Part shown: positions 16,601 through 22,829 of the stretch, in pieces
How the letters are laid out: each line of letters starts with the position of its first letter
Position numbering within the stretch: the stretch's first letter is position 1
Virus record (IMG/VR): IMGVR_UViG_3300009526_000055
Coordinates: 1 to 25,761 of that record
Reading direction: 5' to 3' (one strand)
DNA from: a virus
Taxonomy: Duplodnaviria > Caudoviricetes
DNA: 25,761 nucleotides
Made by a program: the position numbers and the translations under genes
The notes under the pieces: model-generated
What the model was told of the DNA's origin: nothing
The model's input: only the letters and a program-made list of their open reading frames with translations
Database searches by the model: none

Positions 16601-19325
16601 TATCTAAAACTGTGTGTCTAGTGGTTTTGAATGCACCAATACCCAGCATGTCTGTTTGGAAATACGGTAATGAATTATTATTGTCTTTGTTGAGTTTAAT
16701 TAAAATTTTATCAACCACTTGACTAGGAGTTCCGTCAAATCCTAAATCGTCCATAGCACTAATAAATGATCTTTTGAATTTAAAGTAATCGTTCTGACTT
16801 CTAGTGACTGCTGAAATTAGGTTTACATCTTTGTTGTTTAACAAGTACGAAGCCAACACCATTGGTCCACTGTGTTGTAAAAATTTTCTACCGTATTGTG
16901 TTGCATTTGGGAAGTCTCTTAAATTGCTAAATCCTGGAGTTACACCTTGAATGTCTTTTAATTCATTAGTAATTGATTTAACATGATCAGTTACTTGCCC
17001 AACTGTGAATTTTGTTGTTTTTGCATTAAGTGGATTGGATTGTAAGTTTGTTGGAAATTCATAATGACCATTACTGTTTTTAGGTGTTGCACTACTTGTT
17101 TTAATTACAACTATATCATTAACTGTTAAATTAGTAGTGAAATTAACATATGCTTCATTGTTGATTCTTAAAATTGACCAGTCGGTATTTTCAATTTTTT
17201 TAACATTATTAACAAATACATTCACGTTTAGATCATTTAAATCGCCACTCTTTTTGTAAACGTCAATAGCAAAATCATTTTTCTGATTGTTAGATGCAAC
17301 ATACTGTCTATTAACTTTTTGAAAACTGTCAGTGGGTGCTTTAGTCCAACCATTTACTGTTGTAAAGTTGCCACTAGCATTGTATTTTTTCAAAAATGCT
17401 GTTTCAGAAGTTAAAGTTCCGTTGATATTTTGTGATTGATATGTGTAATTTTTGTTTAATAAATCAAAATCAAAAACAATATCTCCAATGTTTTCTACAT
17501 TTGAATAAGTTAATGCAAATCCTAATTCAGTATCTACTGTGCCTGTGCCTTCAACATAAGTGAATATTTTGTTACCCATAAACGAACTGTTAGGATATAC
17601 AATGCTGTCAGTGAAACTTACGCCATTGCTATCAAACAAATCAAACAAAGGAGTTTGATTAACTTTATTTTTTACTTGTGCTGATTTCCATGTTGTTCCA
17701 TTGTAATAGAACCATTTTCCTTGATTCACGTTTCCGTCAGTAGCCAAAATAGTTTCTCCTTGTGATGGAGAAGCATTTGCACTTTCAACCAAACTGATTT
17801 GAGTTGTAACTGTGGTTCCTTCAGTAAACTTAATAAATTTAACTTCAAATATTTTGTCTTTAACAAGAGGATCGTTGTCAGCAGTAAACAACACTTTCAT
17901 TCCATTTGTTAATGCGATGCCGTCAATGAAAAAACCTTGAGATCCTTCAACATCACTCATTACATCTGTTGTAACTGTGTCTATAAGATCAATATTTTCT
18001 TTCTTTTTAAAACCAAAATTATATAGTTTGATACCTGCTTCAAATTCAATGATAGGTCTTCGTGCTCTTGTGGCTTGATCAATATTTGCAATTTGTCCGT
18101 TTGCTTTAGCACTTTCTTCTATAACAGATTTATGAATCCATCTGTTGGATCTACTCCAAGGATTTCTGTCTGGAGATGATCTGTTTATAACAATGTAATC
18201 TTTATCAACAGCATACGATGTGGCTGTTCCAAATCCCACAGTGTCAAAGTTTTTTGAATCAAATGGAATCGGTGTTACATCAGTGAAGGGACTTTTTACT
18301 TCTAGTTCTTGTGCATTTATCAATTGAATTGCGTCACCTACACCTTCAACAAAATAATCTTTTTCAGCATATTCCACAGGTGTAACTGTGCCAGCAAAAT
18401 TTATTTTCATACCATTTGATAATGCTACTCCATCAGCAGTGGTGTAATTCTTTTTGCCTAATACTTCATTAGTAATATCTATTGTTGAATTTTCTTCAAT
18501 GTCGTATATTTGAATCAATCCCCAAGCATTAATATCGTTATCACTTCCGTAATATAGTTTTTCTGGTGCAGATTCTTTCACTTCAAAAGTTATAATTCCC
18601 TTTTCAACACTTTGCACATCGATACCATCAGTAACATTGTACGAAGCATCTAGTATTCTTTGTGTTCTTATAACAAAAGGCAATCCTTCTGCATCAATAT
18701 CAAACTTGTATGTTTGACCTTTGTATAATTTTAATGTTGGGTTTGCTGTAAGTCCGTTGGGCGTAAAGATGTAAGCATAGTTGTCTGATTGATCAGACTT
18801 TGTTACTGAGTATGTACTAATAACATTTCGCTGTTGTCCCGATATTGTGACTGTAGATGCACCATAAGGCATCCAAAAATATTCTCTGTAATTTACAAAT
18901 TTGTCCCAATCGATTCTTGGTGACCAAGCATAATATTCTTGAGCATTAAGAACACTGTGATCAGAAGCATCACCATTTAAATTTTGTATTTGATTAACAA
19001 AGTCTATGTAGTCTGAATAAAAGTTTACATTGCCTAAATCGTCTTGTTGCACTATGCTGGGTTCAAATTTGTAATTTTCTCTATCAGCAGTTACTTCAGG
19101 CACATACAAATCAGATGCTTTGTAGGCATCTGTAATCTTACGTCCATAGTAAGCATTTAATTTTTCTAATGTTCCTTGAGATATTAGTTGGTCAACTGTG
19201 CTGTGTAAAAATTTGTTGTTGACTGGAGTTCTAAAATACTTAGGTAAAAATTCTGAAGATTCTCTTTTACCGTCATCCTTGCCTGCAGGCAAACTGAAGT
19301 CTTTTTGATTGTTGTCGTATGCCAT
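4650..19325 (-). CDS. Giant multidomain virion structural protein, probable gp7-like baseplate wedge scaffold with adhesin-like modules, 4891 aa
   Basis: Uninterrupted 14.7-kb ORF, translationally coupled (TAATG) to the gp6-like gene. It contains FYQGYIKEKGTANALTKLF (the KGT motif of gp7/P2 gpI-type wedge proteins, about 13890-13950), FG-GAP-like repeats, CBM5/12-like modules, GxGY repeats and FTGDGST Ig-like repeats. Confidence 0.8.
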   Translation of the reverse strand: MAYDNNQKDFSLPAGKDDGKRESSEFLPKYFRTPVNNKFLHSTVDQLISQGTLEKLNAYYGRKITDAYKASDLYVPEVTADRENYKFEPSIVQQDDLGNVNFYSDYIDFVNQIQNLNGDASDHSVLNAQEYYAWSPRIDWDKFVNYREYFWMPYGASTVTISGQQRNVISTYSVTKSDQSDNYAYIFTPNGLTANPTLKLYKGQTYKFDIDAEGLPFVIRTQRILDASYNVTDGIDVQSVEKGIITFEVKESAPEKLYYGSDNDINAWGLIQIYDIEENSTIDITNEVLGKKNYTTADGVALSNGMKINFAGTVTPVEYAEKDYFVEGVGDAIQLINAQELEVKSPFTDVTPIPFDSKNFDTVGFGTATSYAVDKDYIVINRSSPDRNPWSRSNRWIHKSVIEESAKANGQIANIDQATRARRPIIEFEAGIKLYNFGFKKKENIDLIDTVTTDVMSDVEGSQGFFIDGIALTNGMKVLFTADNDPLVKDKIFEVKFIKFTEGTTVTTQISLVESANASPSQGETILATDGNVNQGKWFYYNGTTWKSAQVKNKVNQTPLFDLFDSNGVSFTDSIVYPNSSFMGNKIFTYVEGTGTVDTELGFALTYSNVENIGDIVFDFDLLNKNYTYQSQNINGTLTSETAFLKKYNASGNFTTVNGWTKAPTDSFQKVNRQYVASNNQKNDFAIDVYKKSGDLNDLNVNVFVNNVKKIENTDWSILRINNEAYVNFTTNLTVNDIVVIKTSSATPKNSNGHYEFPTNLQSNPLNAKTTKFTVGQVTDHVKSITNELKDIQGVTPGFSNLRDFPNATQYGRKFLQHSGPMVLASYLLNNKDVNLISAVTRSQNDYFKFKRSFISAMDDLGFDGTPSQVVDKILIKLNKDNNNSLPYFQTDMLGIGAFKTTRHTVLDIDNKFFALSNNFNLTALSTKAVYVYHNDTQLVHGVDYVFVNGFVQVTKTVALDDIIVVNEFETTNGSHIPATPTKLGLYPKYTPKIYLDTTAITPVNVIQGHDGSIIVAFNDFRDDAILEMERRIFNNIKTTYDDELFGIKSFVPRAYSTNKFTFESINKTLLGDFNDWLTFTGNEDYTANTYHTQDNSLTWNYGNMVSPQNENLLGFWRGVYTHAYDTDRPNIAPWEMLGYSQEPTWWETVYGPAPYTKDNLILWQDLEKGIVREPNKKIVIKNKYKRPGLTNNIPVDSEGNIRSPYDSAYARGQVLQLTKDKFKFGDYSPIENTWRRSVHYPFALLKSYILHQPNKAIGIGLDTNKITRNASGQIVYNSSTAIRPSDIIWPSSVDDSTVTLTAGLLNYVYEIVENSQTTNYTDYKKQFAGLQTQIGFKVRGYSNKDKFKLLLDSKTPLNSTTLFVPEENYQLIYNVSTPVEILTYSGLIIEKLASGFSLKGYDKNDPYIRYHSPFEQTSDPVITVGGISSSFVNWSENKRYDSGSYVKFANNFYATDETHISTANFDDSKFIKLVELPSEGGASAVLRKTFLTDTVQSVAYGTVFEDIQTVVDVILGYESYLKAKGFEFDQYDPTTQLVANWQLSAKEFLFWTTQNWDEGAVISLSPASKKIVVTSQYATTDNVIENYYSYGVLKEDGNKLDRVNLRIVRKSNTFELFTKNTINGIYFAKVPLVQKEHVCLIDNTTSFNDLIYDPASGYKQDRIKMLGYVTEWDGSLNIPGFVFDEAKVVLWEPYTDYSMSDVVKHKQFYYTANTKLKGTTEFNDNNWRKLDNKPESSLLSNLDYQTNQFADFYDLDTDNFDRQQQKLAQHLIGYQPREYLSNIINDEVSQYKFYQGYIKEKGTANALTKLFDALASADKESLEFFEEWAIRKGQYGAVDTFDEVEYSLNETQVRLNPQPILLTNDQPATATDLVYRIQSGQTYLAPKDYQHTPFPVKYDKNTYIKTAGPVNPIDISLTLAQYDDLLTSTSVATLDEGQYVWIGNNKGTWSVLRYSNTDQQIVSIIKDGSVISVNTLNNPDIAVGEIFVVNANGTDYVFKSTFVGITSIQCEDVTGFASIDSAVGFIKRFTESRLNSINDVNTRINDQGLKDNEKFWINESDDGKWKIVNNKFVFKKHNELSSTSTSGDQSFGTVIAANKQNSTVLVSQPSDGDGKIYVFTRGSESGSLILVQIIEAPTTDPLLTNIDLFASGSSFGKAVDISPDGNFVVIGAPDASNLKTEYKGVYSTSSNYNVGNIVQYKQQLWRATNQVEGAIAQDLFSTFDSSAFYKENVGFQTTSLLIGDSVFLNQTTDHILVRASTEQYTATKIGDRLILDYVDFSSDYPIDRNNYAKVANQPFNGVESPTIKDNIFSGADMPIQEKIDEILEVSNTLTDPVVGNLLNTDTAQGTVVYVRKVAAKSIIYLKDVSGVFAESGSLTLDILPIGVYSRVNSEDYDYLGGWWKINIGANVTTNAGSDVTTNVVIQDIKVLNEVRDTNRFFSSMEQPIAPITPQAPLVKAQFGIGTYYQDYYIDAGSNTWVTNPSPQAILSNKWFVRTGYDIAHDSTLNSSNSTNYVSVWFNNVDSGAFDFAGLNIDNDDTNGLKEVVDIWEGYVDVDSQPDNNANYYFPSVGVHQIYDPNTQAQADVTFVQFIGLEKIRIYFNNSNNKQFSLGSNASAPSTITRIGGGVNRTIGSIEQTVQSGNADGDILVFQHTSSITASGNPDFYAVNDMEYWIWDEFENVPGINQSANIPGSQNRDWVQTYNIPIGEGVQSVYTNQGAFLIYKKNTKGLFEYNSAYTVPDTQSGLRLGSKIQLRDVGNVTTAFIGAEGNGTSSLPGKIYFVDYSATKNWRLGVDQYYMGVFDDQTDYLKDELVVFSNQLYKAKTNISANSWQLSLWDLQDTHTDFLGYVPNDSGIELQGDSTLNQNNLIKFANTFDVDTNGINIVLTNKYSDDGQNVVVYRQSDGHYSYKQTITPADDSAPIIDFGSDISISGDGELIAVGSPLKDVVDIDMGSVYVYKKVNNDSGQYTLNQTLVSPSKETSEQFGNTLSFSGDVLAVTSLKGDQQLSTLIDNGQTVFDGTMTKFVEIQSDVGSIHLYQKFENTLLYGEKFTYINDTLEQFGTNLLVNNNHVYVGLPKLQLANSQMGTLVDFRKSPTEFNWTSIHQSSEGVDQPDLSKIQGVFLYSKSTNKLLTTLDYVDPIFGKIPGPAESEISYKTNYDPAVYNSSTAVGTMDKTNHWDDTQVGKLWWNISKATYYYPYQSNIIFNNSYWNKLFVGASIDVHEWIESPYTPTQYNTISQSNEGSALGITGTVENTTDFVTKKVYDKVAGVLSNRYFYWVKSKTTTPEIETRTLSANAVENLIKDPRAQGYKYVTVFGKNKFALVNCDSFIQSNDTIISFRLNTIASKNNVHKEYALLTQDSATSTLPKDIETVWFNSLIGYDSKSNPVPDPNLSDKLKYGTLQTPRQSWFANKQEALKQTIERVNTSLKTKLVVDEIDISNLIKSDPAPTINTGVFDTTVDTENELDSVGVGSVKPASLNITVTNGKISNVVITDAGKGYKSIPTYKIKSITGEGAVISLTTDVNGSINSAKILQAGSNYKEDATIEVRTFSTLVTADSTVDGKWAIYDYNSSDGWQKTKIQAFNVNLYWSYADWYQTGYSQITAIDHLISQSYEINALDDSIGQIIKIETIGSGGWLLLKKIDNQVDVDYTVNYQTVGRQNGTIQFSDNLYAYSGNIGFDSNSFDVQLYDRQPIEETRIILETIRDKIFVEELAIEYNKMYFAGIQYALSENKLNDFVFKTSFVKAQHNVGQLEQKITFKNDNLSNYEDYVQEIKPYKSKIREYVSSYEKTEPTNSVITDFDYAPKYINGVITPSKVTINNDQLVGADNITTYPDKNWKDNIGYKITAINIANGGTAYTNPPAVEITGGGGTGATGTAYIKNGVVYRINVTNSGSGYISSPTVTLSGSTTGTLAKASAVLGESLPRTTHIGIKFDRNTGDTFVTSLQRTETFTGNNSQLKFKLKWPMDLRTNTITILVAGKKQLKSTFVYKNETDTTKTYTRQTGYIQFVLPPVNLSTISISYKINEDVLNTADRFALYQPTSGMPGKELAQVIDGIDYGGVEVRSIGFENNSGWGNEPYLQGEWDTFDESYEDEVFYLDGSTLTLNLANTLTSGIEYHIYQNGQRVDDPAFDLGAPTNILAQMNSLQGDGSTKTVDISMLETDNGDTIIVRKSTSDGAFLPDPTIVDTLIKGGDLAYSTAQGINAEDINVDGDGFVTETSAKGPEEFVPGQVLDTLDIQVYDRGQSSGSKINSYNYIGDGATTEFNFVDSPQSNTAIFLSINNILYNTNQFTINYQDKYINLNQTPALGDKINFITMGNNGESILDVDAFTGDGSTVEYVTRAKFKAGNIQTFVKVNGEDATYSVIETDSSYAVPNRVAIRFNSAPTSDSYINIVVYESASQSFSEVTQDTFTGDGSTATYQMNQTPFTQTPFTNNVIVKVNNDVLRSGFHRKFTVSTLREYEFKNWQVLPGTINASEVRAYLNKVELTSSQYRWNPGNSSITLTGGVGVADDTLDVYIENGEYSVNDSGLITFTTAPTDLSTITVYQFSKHDVQDIDRTQYDVVAKLTVTVNTDDYYQYNQLTNGVVKLNRPAVDAQYVWVCLNGEWLAPSVDYTVSNNQMYLKINRTLSQNDEIDVIHFTAPSFVGKFAYRQFKDIMNRTHFKRIGDDKQYTLAQNLLWNDQKIVLIDGVGITEPSVASQLPGIVFIDGERIEYYKKDGNTLEQLRRGTFGTGIAEVHHANTDVYDQSAFQNVPYQDSFISETYTGADVVNNTLNIGFTPKSANEFELFVGGKRMRKNSISVYDPALGQDSPEADSTVPADFSVSGTTAVITFTNTPAENAQILLVRKQGKIWQTGADPLSQTENDIARFIRQKEVAVPQ
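4750..7460 (-). other. Array of about 8 Ig-like beta-sandwich repeats (FxGDGSTxxF...VxxNG...F...P...DxIxV) at the C-terminus of the giant ORF
   Basis: TFTGNNSQ, FYLDGST, YIGDGATTEF, AFTGDGSTVEY, TFTGDGSTATY, VWVCLNGEWLAPSVDYTV, FELFVGGKR. Two further copies lie near 16420-17310. Coordinates are approximate. Confidence 0.65.
10020..13070 (-). other. Seven FG-GAP-like (integrin-alpha-type) beta-propeller blades within the giant ORF, with insertions
   Basis: Blade starts SFGTVIAA, SFGKAVDISPDGNFVVIGAP, RLGSKIQL..AFIGAE, KFANTFDV, DFGSDISISGDGELIAVGSP..GSVYVY, QFGNTLSFSGDVLAVTS and QFGTNLLVNNNHVYVGLP. Coordinates are approximate. Confidence 0.7.
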
Positions 19326-22300
19326 TAATATCCACTTCCCCCACTAGAGCCTCCTGAGCTGGTAGGTAATGTTCCACTTAATGTGCTAACTGTTGACGAA
19401 CTTGTTGCGATGTTTCCGTCTGCTTTAAGTTTAGAGGCTGTTACAGCATCTATTATTTCAACATCAGAAACTTTTGCACCACTAATAAAAATTTCATCAT
19501 TTTCTGATTTAATTTCAAACAGACTTCCAAATGCTTTTGAACCTTCTTTAGGCACAATAACAAATGTTGCTATGTCTGGTGCTAATTCGTTCATCACATA
19601 TGTGCTTAATTCTGAGAAATAAAATGTATCACCAAATTCCCAATTTTCTAAAGCAAAGAATTGATTTATTGCTGTGATAACTCGACTTTTAATATCACTA
19701 TCATTAGTAACTTGACTGGAATTTTTAACAATTTTAAATGTTGCTTGTAAACCTGTGTCGGATTGTGATCCAAATAATATTTTGTATTTTACCGGATGAT
19801 ACACAATCGTGTCACTGATTGATTTAATTTTTGCTAACGGTGTATTAAAGTTTGTGTACAACGAATCACTGCTTGGTAATAGTGGTTTAGTTGCTGTTGC
19901 TCCTGCTAACCATAATCTAAAATTGATATCATATGTTCTTGTTAAAATATACATATCCATTATGTTAGATGAACTAGGATCTAATCTTGTGTTACCGTCC
20001 ACTGTGTGAACGTATTGAAACTTAACACCGTCTCTTCCAATGTGTGCAACATAATTTGTTACAGTTGCAGTGGTGTTGGTTGTTGTGTTAACCTGTTTAA
20101 AACTGTTGCTGTCTATCAAGTACACAATTGAATTGTTTGGATAATCTCCAATAGTGCCTACCGATGTTTGTCTAACATAAATGTTTTCTGTGCCTGCACT
20201 AACGTATTGATACTGTTGTGTTCCATCTCTATCATTTATTAATTTTTGAAAAACATATTTTGTAGTTGGATTAGTAGCAGGATCAACCACAAGATCAAAA
20301 GCATTTGGATTGTCCACTATGCCATCTTGATCAGAATCAAATTGAGTAAGTTCTATTTTAGCACTGTCTACATATCCGCTTAAAGATCTGTACTCAGTGG
20401 ACACAGCAAAATTGATATCGTTATTGAATGCATTGTTACTGTCTGGTTTTGTATTCACTGACATCACACTCACTTTGTCTTGAAGTGTTGTTCCTGTTTT
20501 GGCATTGAAATTTCTATCAGCACTGTCATAAAAGAATCTTACTTCTTTTTTGCTTTCAAACACATATCTTAAACCTCTATATGTGATTGTGTAAGTAGCA
20601 CCGTTGTTGATACATTTGATTAACCAACTTGAATCTAGTTGCTGATTTGATTCATCGCCTGTTTTACCAATGCTGAAATCTCCATACACATTTAAATTGT
20701 TTTCGTCAACAACCATCCATTTTCTTGTTTGTACATCATAACGTATTCCAAAATTGTTATAAGCAAAAGCCTGGTCAATAATAACTGTTTTAACATCATC
20801 AGAAAATTGTTTTGCAAATTTAGGTAATATTTCACTAACAATAGCACCTGTAGGAATAACATCGTTGAATTTAATTGCTCCTGCTCCTGCTGTGGTATTG
20901 GTTGTCCCATCATTGTACACACTAACAACTGATGTCCAAATATATTCTTTTGATCCTGGATGATCTGCGGCTCCACTCATTAATGAATTGTCTTCCATAA
21001 AGTGCTTGCCTGTTGGTGCAACAAATTTAATCATAGCACCCGGTTCGATATATTTCAACTGACTTGCTGTGTATGTGCCAATTTGATAATCTAAAACGTT
21101 TACAGCATCTATTAACTTACCTGTAGATTCATTTGTAGCAGTTGTAACTTGTTGCCAAACTGGAATTAAATCAGTTAGTAATATTTTAGGAAATTTTTCT
21201 ATGTAGTAGTTTCTAGTTTGATTTTTAGATAATAAAGGTTCTAATTGATTTATAATTACACCTTCAATGTCTGTTTGTGTTGAAAAACTAAACGAGTCAA
21301 CATTTTCAGTTTCTTCTTTGTATATTATACCATCAGCACCAAACACATTTGTGTTGCTGTATTTTCCTGTGGCATCTATTAAATCATAATATCTTGATAT
21401 TCCGCTTGAAGTTCTATTTGTTGCTTTTACTTTAATAATTTCTTGATTAGTTCCTAATGGTGCAATTTGATAATCTTCACCAGTGATCATTCTGTTTTGT
21501 GTGTAGTATGTTGCTGGAGCATTTAATCTGATGTTGTCGTTAGTTTCAGATGTTGTTGCATTATCAACTGTGTATTGCAATCCAAATGTTAATGTTAAAA
21601 CTTCTATTTGATTGTTTGATGAAACATACTGTACATCCACTTGAACGTTTTGCATATCAGCAGGAGTAATTCTAACATTTTGATTTTTACTTCTTCTGTA
21701 GTATACTTTAAAGTTACCTTGCGGTAAATTTCCAAATATTCCATCTGCAAATTTAAGACTGATTGAATCATCTGTGTCACTTAACACTGTGTAAATATTT
21801 CTTAAATCTTTTGCTGTTGAATTGTATATAACATTGTTACCTGTTACAGCATCAACTTTTGTCCATTCAGAATCTTCTAACCCTGTGTCAGTGTCCAATT
21901 GATATAACCAAACATCTGTGTTGTTTACATTGTTGGATTCAATTGCAACTGATTGATTGTTTGATGGTACATCAATTGTGAAGTCACCGTTATCAAGTAC
22001 ACCTTGTCTAAAGTGTGCAAAAAATCCTGTGTTGTTACTGCTGTTGCCTTTGCCATCATCTCTGTGAAGCACACTGAATTTTCTTCCTGTTAGTGGTGAT
22101 TCTTCCATAATAGCACCATTGTCAAAAGAAGTTGAAACAACTTCAAATGGTAAGTTTTGTCCGTTGACAGATTTTGAAAAAGCATATACAGGCACTTCAG
22201 TACTGTTGGCATTGATTCTGTATTGGCTGGTTGGGATTGAATCTATGTTTTCTAATTTTACTGGATTGCCAAATTTTTCATTTTCTGCCAATGAAGCATT

Positions 22301-22780
22301 TAACACTTTTGTAAATTGTTCGTTCCAGTTTGTGTTGCCGGCATCATTCCAACTGACTGTTTGTCCGCTTAAATTTAAATTATTACTGTCCACAACATTT
22401 TCAGTTGTGCTGACACTTACAACTTTCATCAAACCATTTGCACATTGATTTCTTGTTGGATTGTAACTGATTAATCTTGCTAATCTTAATATCGAATCTC
22501 GTCTGTCTGCTGTTTCTAGAAAATTCTCTCTAGCATTCAAGTCTGTTCTGAAAGCCAAATTTTGTCCTAGATATGAAATCAAATCTATCAGTGCCAAGTA
22601 CTCAGATGATTCAATATAATCGTTGAAATCTTCTGGATAATTCTGTCTGATGTACTGGATCATTGTTCTGCGAATGGTATCAAAGTCATAACTTTTGAAT
22701 TCCGCATATTTGTAAGACTGATATACTCTTTTCCAGTCTTCTGCCAGCAATAATCTGTTTTGTCTATCTGTGGATGACAT
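19325..22780 (-). CDS. gp6: Baseplate wedge subunit, T4 gp6-like (enlarged, 1151 aa)
   Basis: N-terminal SYDFDTIR...FNDYIESSEYLALIDLISY...ENFLETADRRDSILRLARLISYNP, central LKFADGIFGNLP, and ETNDNIRLNAPATYYTQNRMITGEDY are characteristic gp6/baseplate-J motifs. It follows gp25 and has an AAGGA RBS. Confidence 0.88.
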   Translation of the reverse strand: MSSTDRQNRLLLAEDWKRVYQSYKYAEFKSYDFDTIRRTMIQYIRQNYPEDFNDYIESSEYLALIDLISYLGQNLAFRTDLNARENFLETADRRDSILRLARLISYNPTRNQCANGLMKVVSVSTTENVVDSNNLNLSGQTVSWNDAGNTNWNEQFTKVLNASLAENEKFGNPVKLENIDSIPTSQYRINANSTEVPVYAFSKSVNGQNLPFEVVSTSFDNGAIMEESPLTGRKFSVLHRDDGKGNSSNNTGFFAHFRQGVLDNGDFTIDVPSNNQSVAIESNNVNNTDVWLYQLDTDTGLEDSEWTKVDAVTGNNVIYNSTAKDLRNIYTVLSDTDDSISLKFADGIFGNLPQGNFKVYYRRSKNQNVRITPADMQNVQVDVQYVSSNNQIEVLTLTFGLQYTVDNATTSETNDNIRLNAPATYYTQNRMITGEDYQIAPLGTNQEIIKVKATNRTSSGISRYYDLIDATGKYSNTNVFGADGIIYKEETENVDSFSFSTQTDIEGVIINQLEPLLSKNQTRNYYIEKFPKILLTDLIPVWQQVTTATNESTGKLIDAVNVLDYQIGTYTASQLKYIEPGAMIKFVAPTGKHFMEDNSLMSGAADHPGSKEYIWTSVVSVYNDGTTNTTAGAGAIKFNDVIPTGAIVSEILPKFAKQFSDDVKTVIIDQAFAYNNFGIRYDVQTRKWMVVDENNLNVYGDFSIGKTGDESNQQLDSSWLIKCINNGATYTITYRGLRYVFESKKEVRFFYDSADRNFNAKTGTTLQDKVSVMSVNTKPDSNNAFNNDINFAVSTEYRSLSGYVDSAKIELTQFDSDQDGIVDNPNAFDLVVDPATNPTTKYVFQKLINDRDGTQQYQYVSAGTENIYVRQTSVGTIGDYPNNSIVYLIDSNSFKQVNTTTNTTATVTNYVAHIGRDGVKFQYVHTVDGNTRLDPSSSNIMDMYILTRTYDINFRLWLAGATATKPLLPSSDSLYTNFNTPLAKIKSISDTIVYHPVKYKILFGSQSDTGLQATFKIVKNSSQVTNDSDIKSRVITAINQFFALENWEFGDTFYFSELSTYVMNELAPDIATFVIVPKEGSKAFGSLFEIKSENDEIFISGAKVSDVEIIDAVTASKLKADGNIATSSSTVSTLSGTLPTSSGGSSGGSGY

Positions 22781-22785
22781 TGGTT

Positions 22786-22790
22786 TCCTT
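22786..22790 (-). promoter_or_regulatory. Shine-Dalgarno site AAGGA for the gp6-like gene
   Basis: AAAGGA-AACCA-ATG, with a 5-nt spacer. Confidence 0.7.
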
Positions 22791-22801
22791 TGTTATAATA
22801 T

Positions 22802-22807
22802 TATTTA
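22802..22807 (-). promoter_or_regulatory. Putative late promoter core TAAATA (context AATAAATA) upstream of the gp6-like gene
   Basis: Minus strand reads ...TAAACAAATAAATAATATTATAACAAAGGAAACCA ATG in the 49-nt gap. Confidence 0.6.
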
Positions 22808-22809
22808 TT

Positions 22810-22823
22810 TGTTTACATAAACA
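22810..22823. repeat. 14-bp interrupted palindrome TGTTTA-N2-TAAACA in the gp25-gp6 gap
   Basis: The plus strand reads tgtttacataaaca. The arms are exact reverse complements. It lies 2 nt upstream of the TAAATA box on the coding strand. Confidence 0.5.
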
Positions 22824-22829
22824 GAGCAC

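Noticed and set aside
4650-19325. Intein, intron or assembly artefact explaining the giant ORF
   Set aside because: I saw no intein terminal motifs, no homing-endonuclease motifs, no frame breaks and no long exact DNA duplications. The domain content is coherent for a virion protein.
22781-22829. Rho-independent terminator or small RNA in the largest gap
   Set aside because: There is no GC-rich stem followed by a U-tract on the coding strand, and the gap is only 49 nt and largely occupied by the promoter box and RBS.
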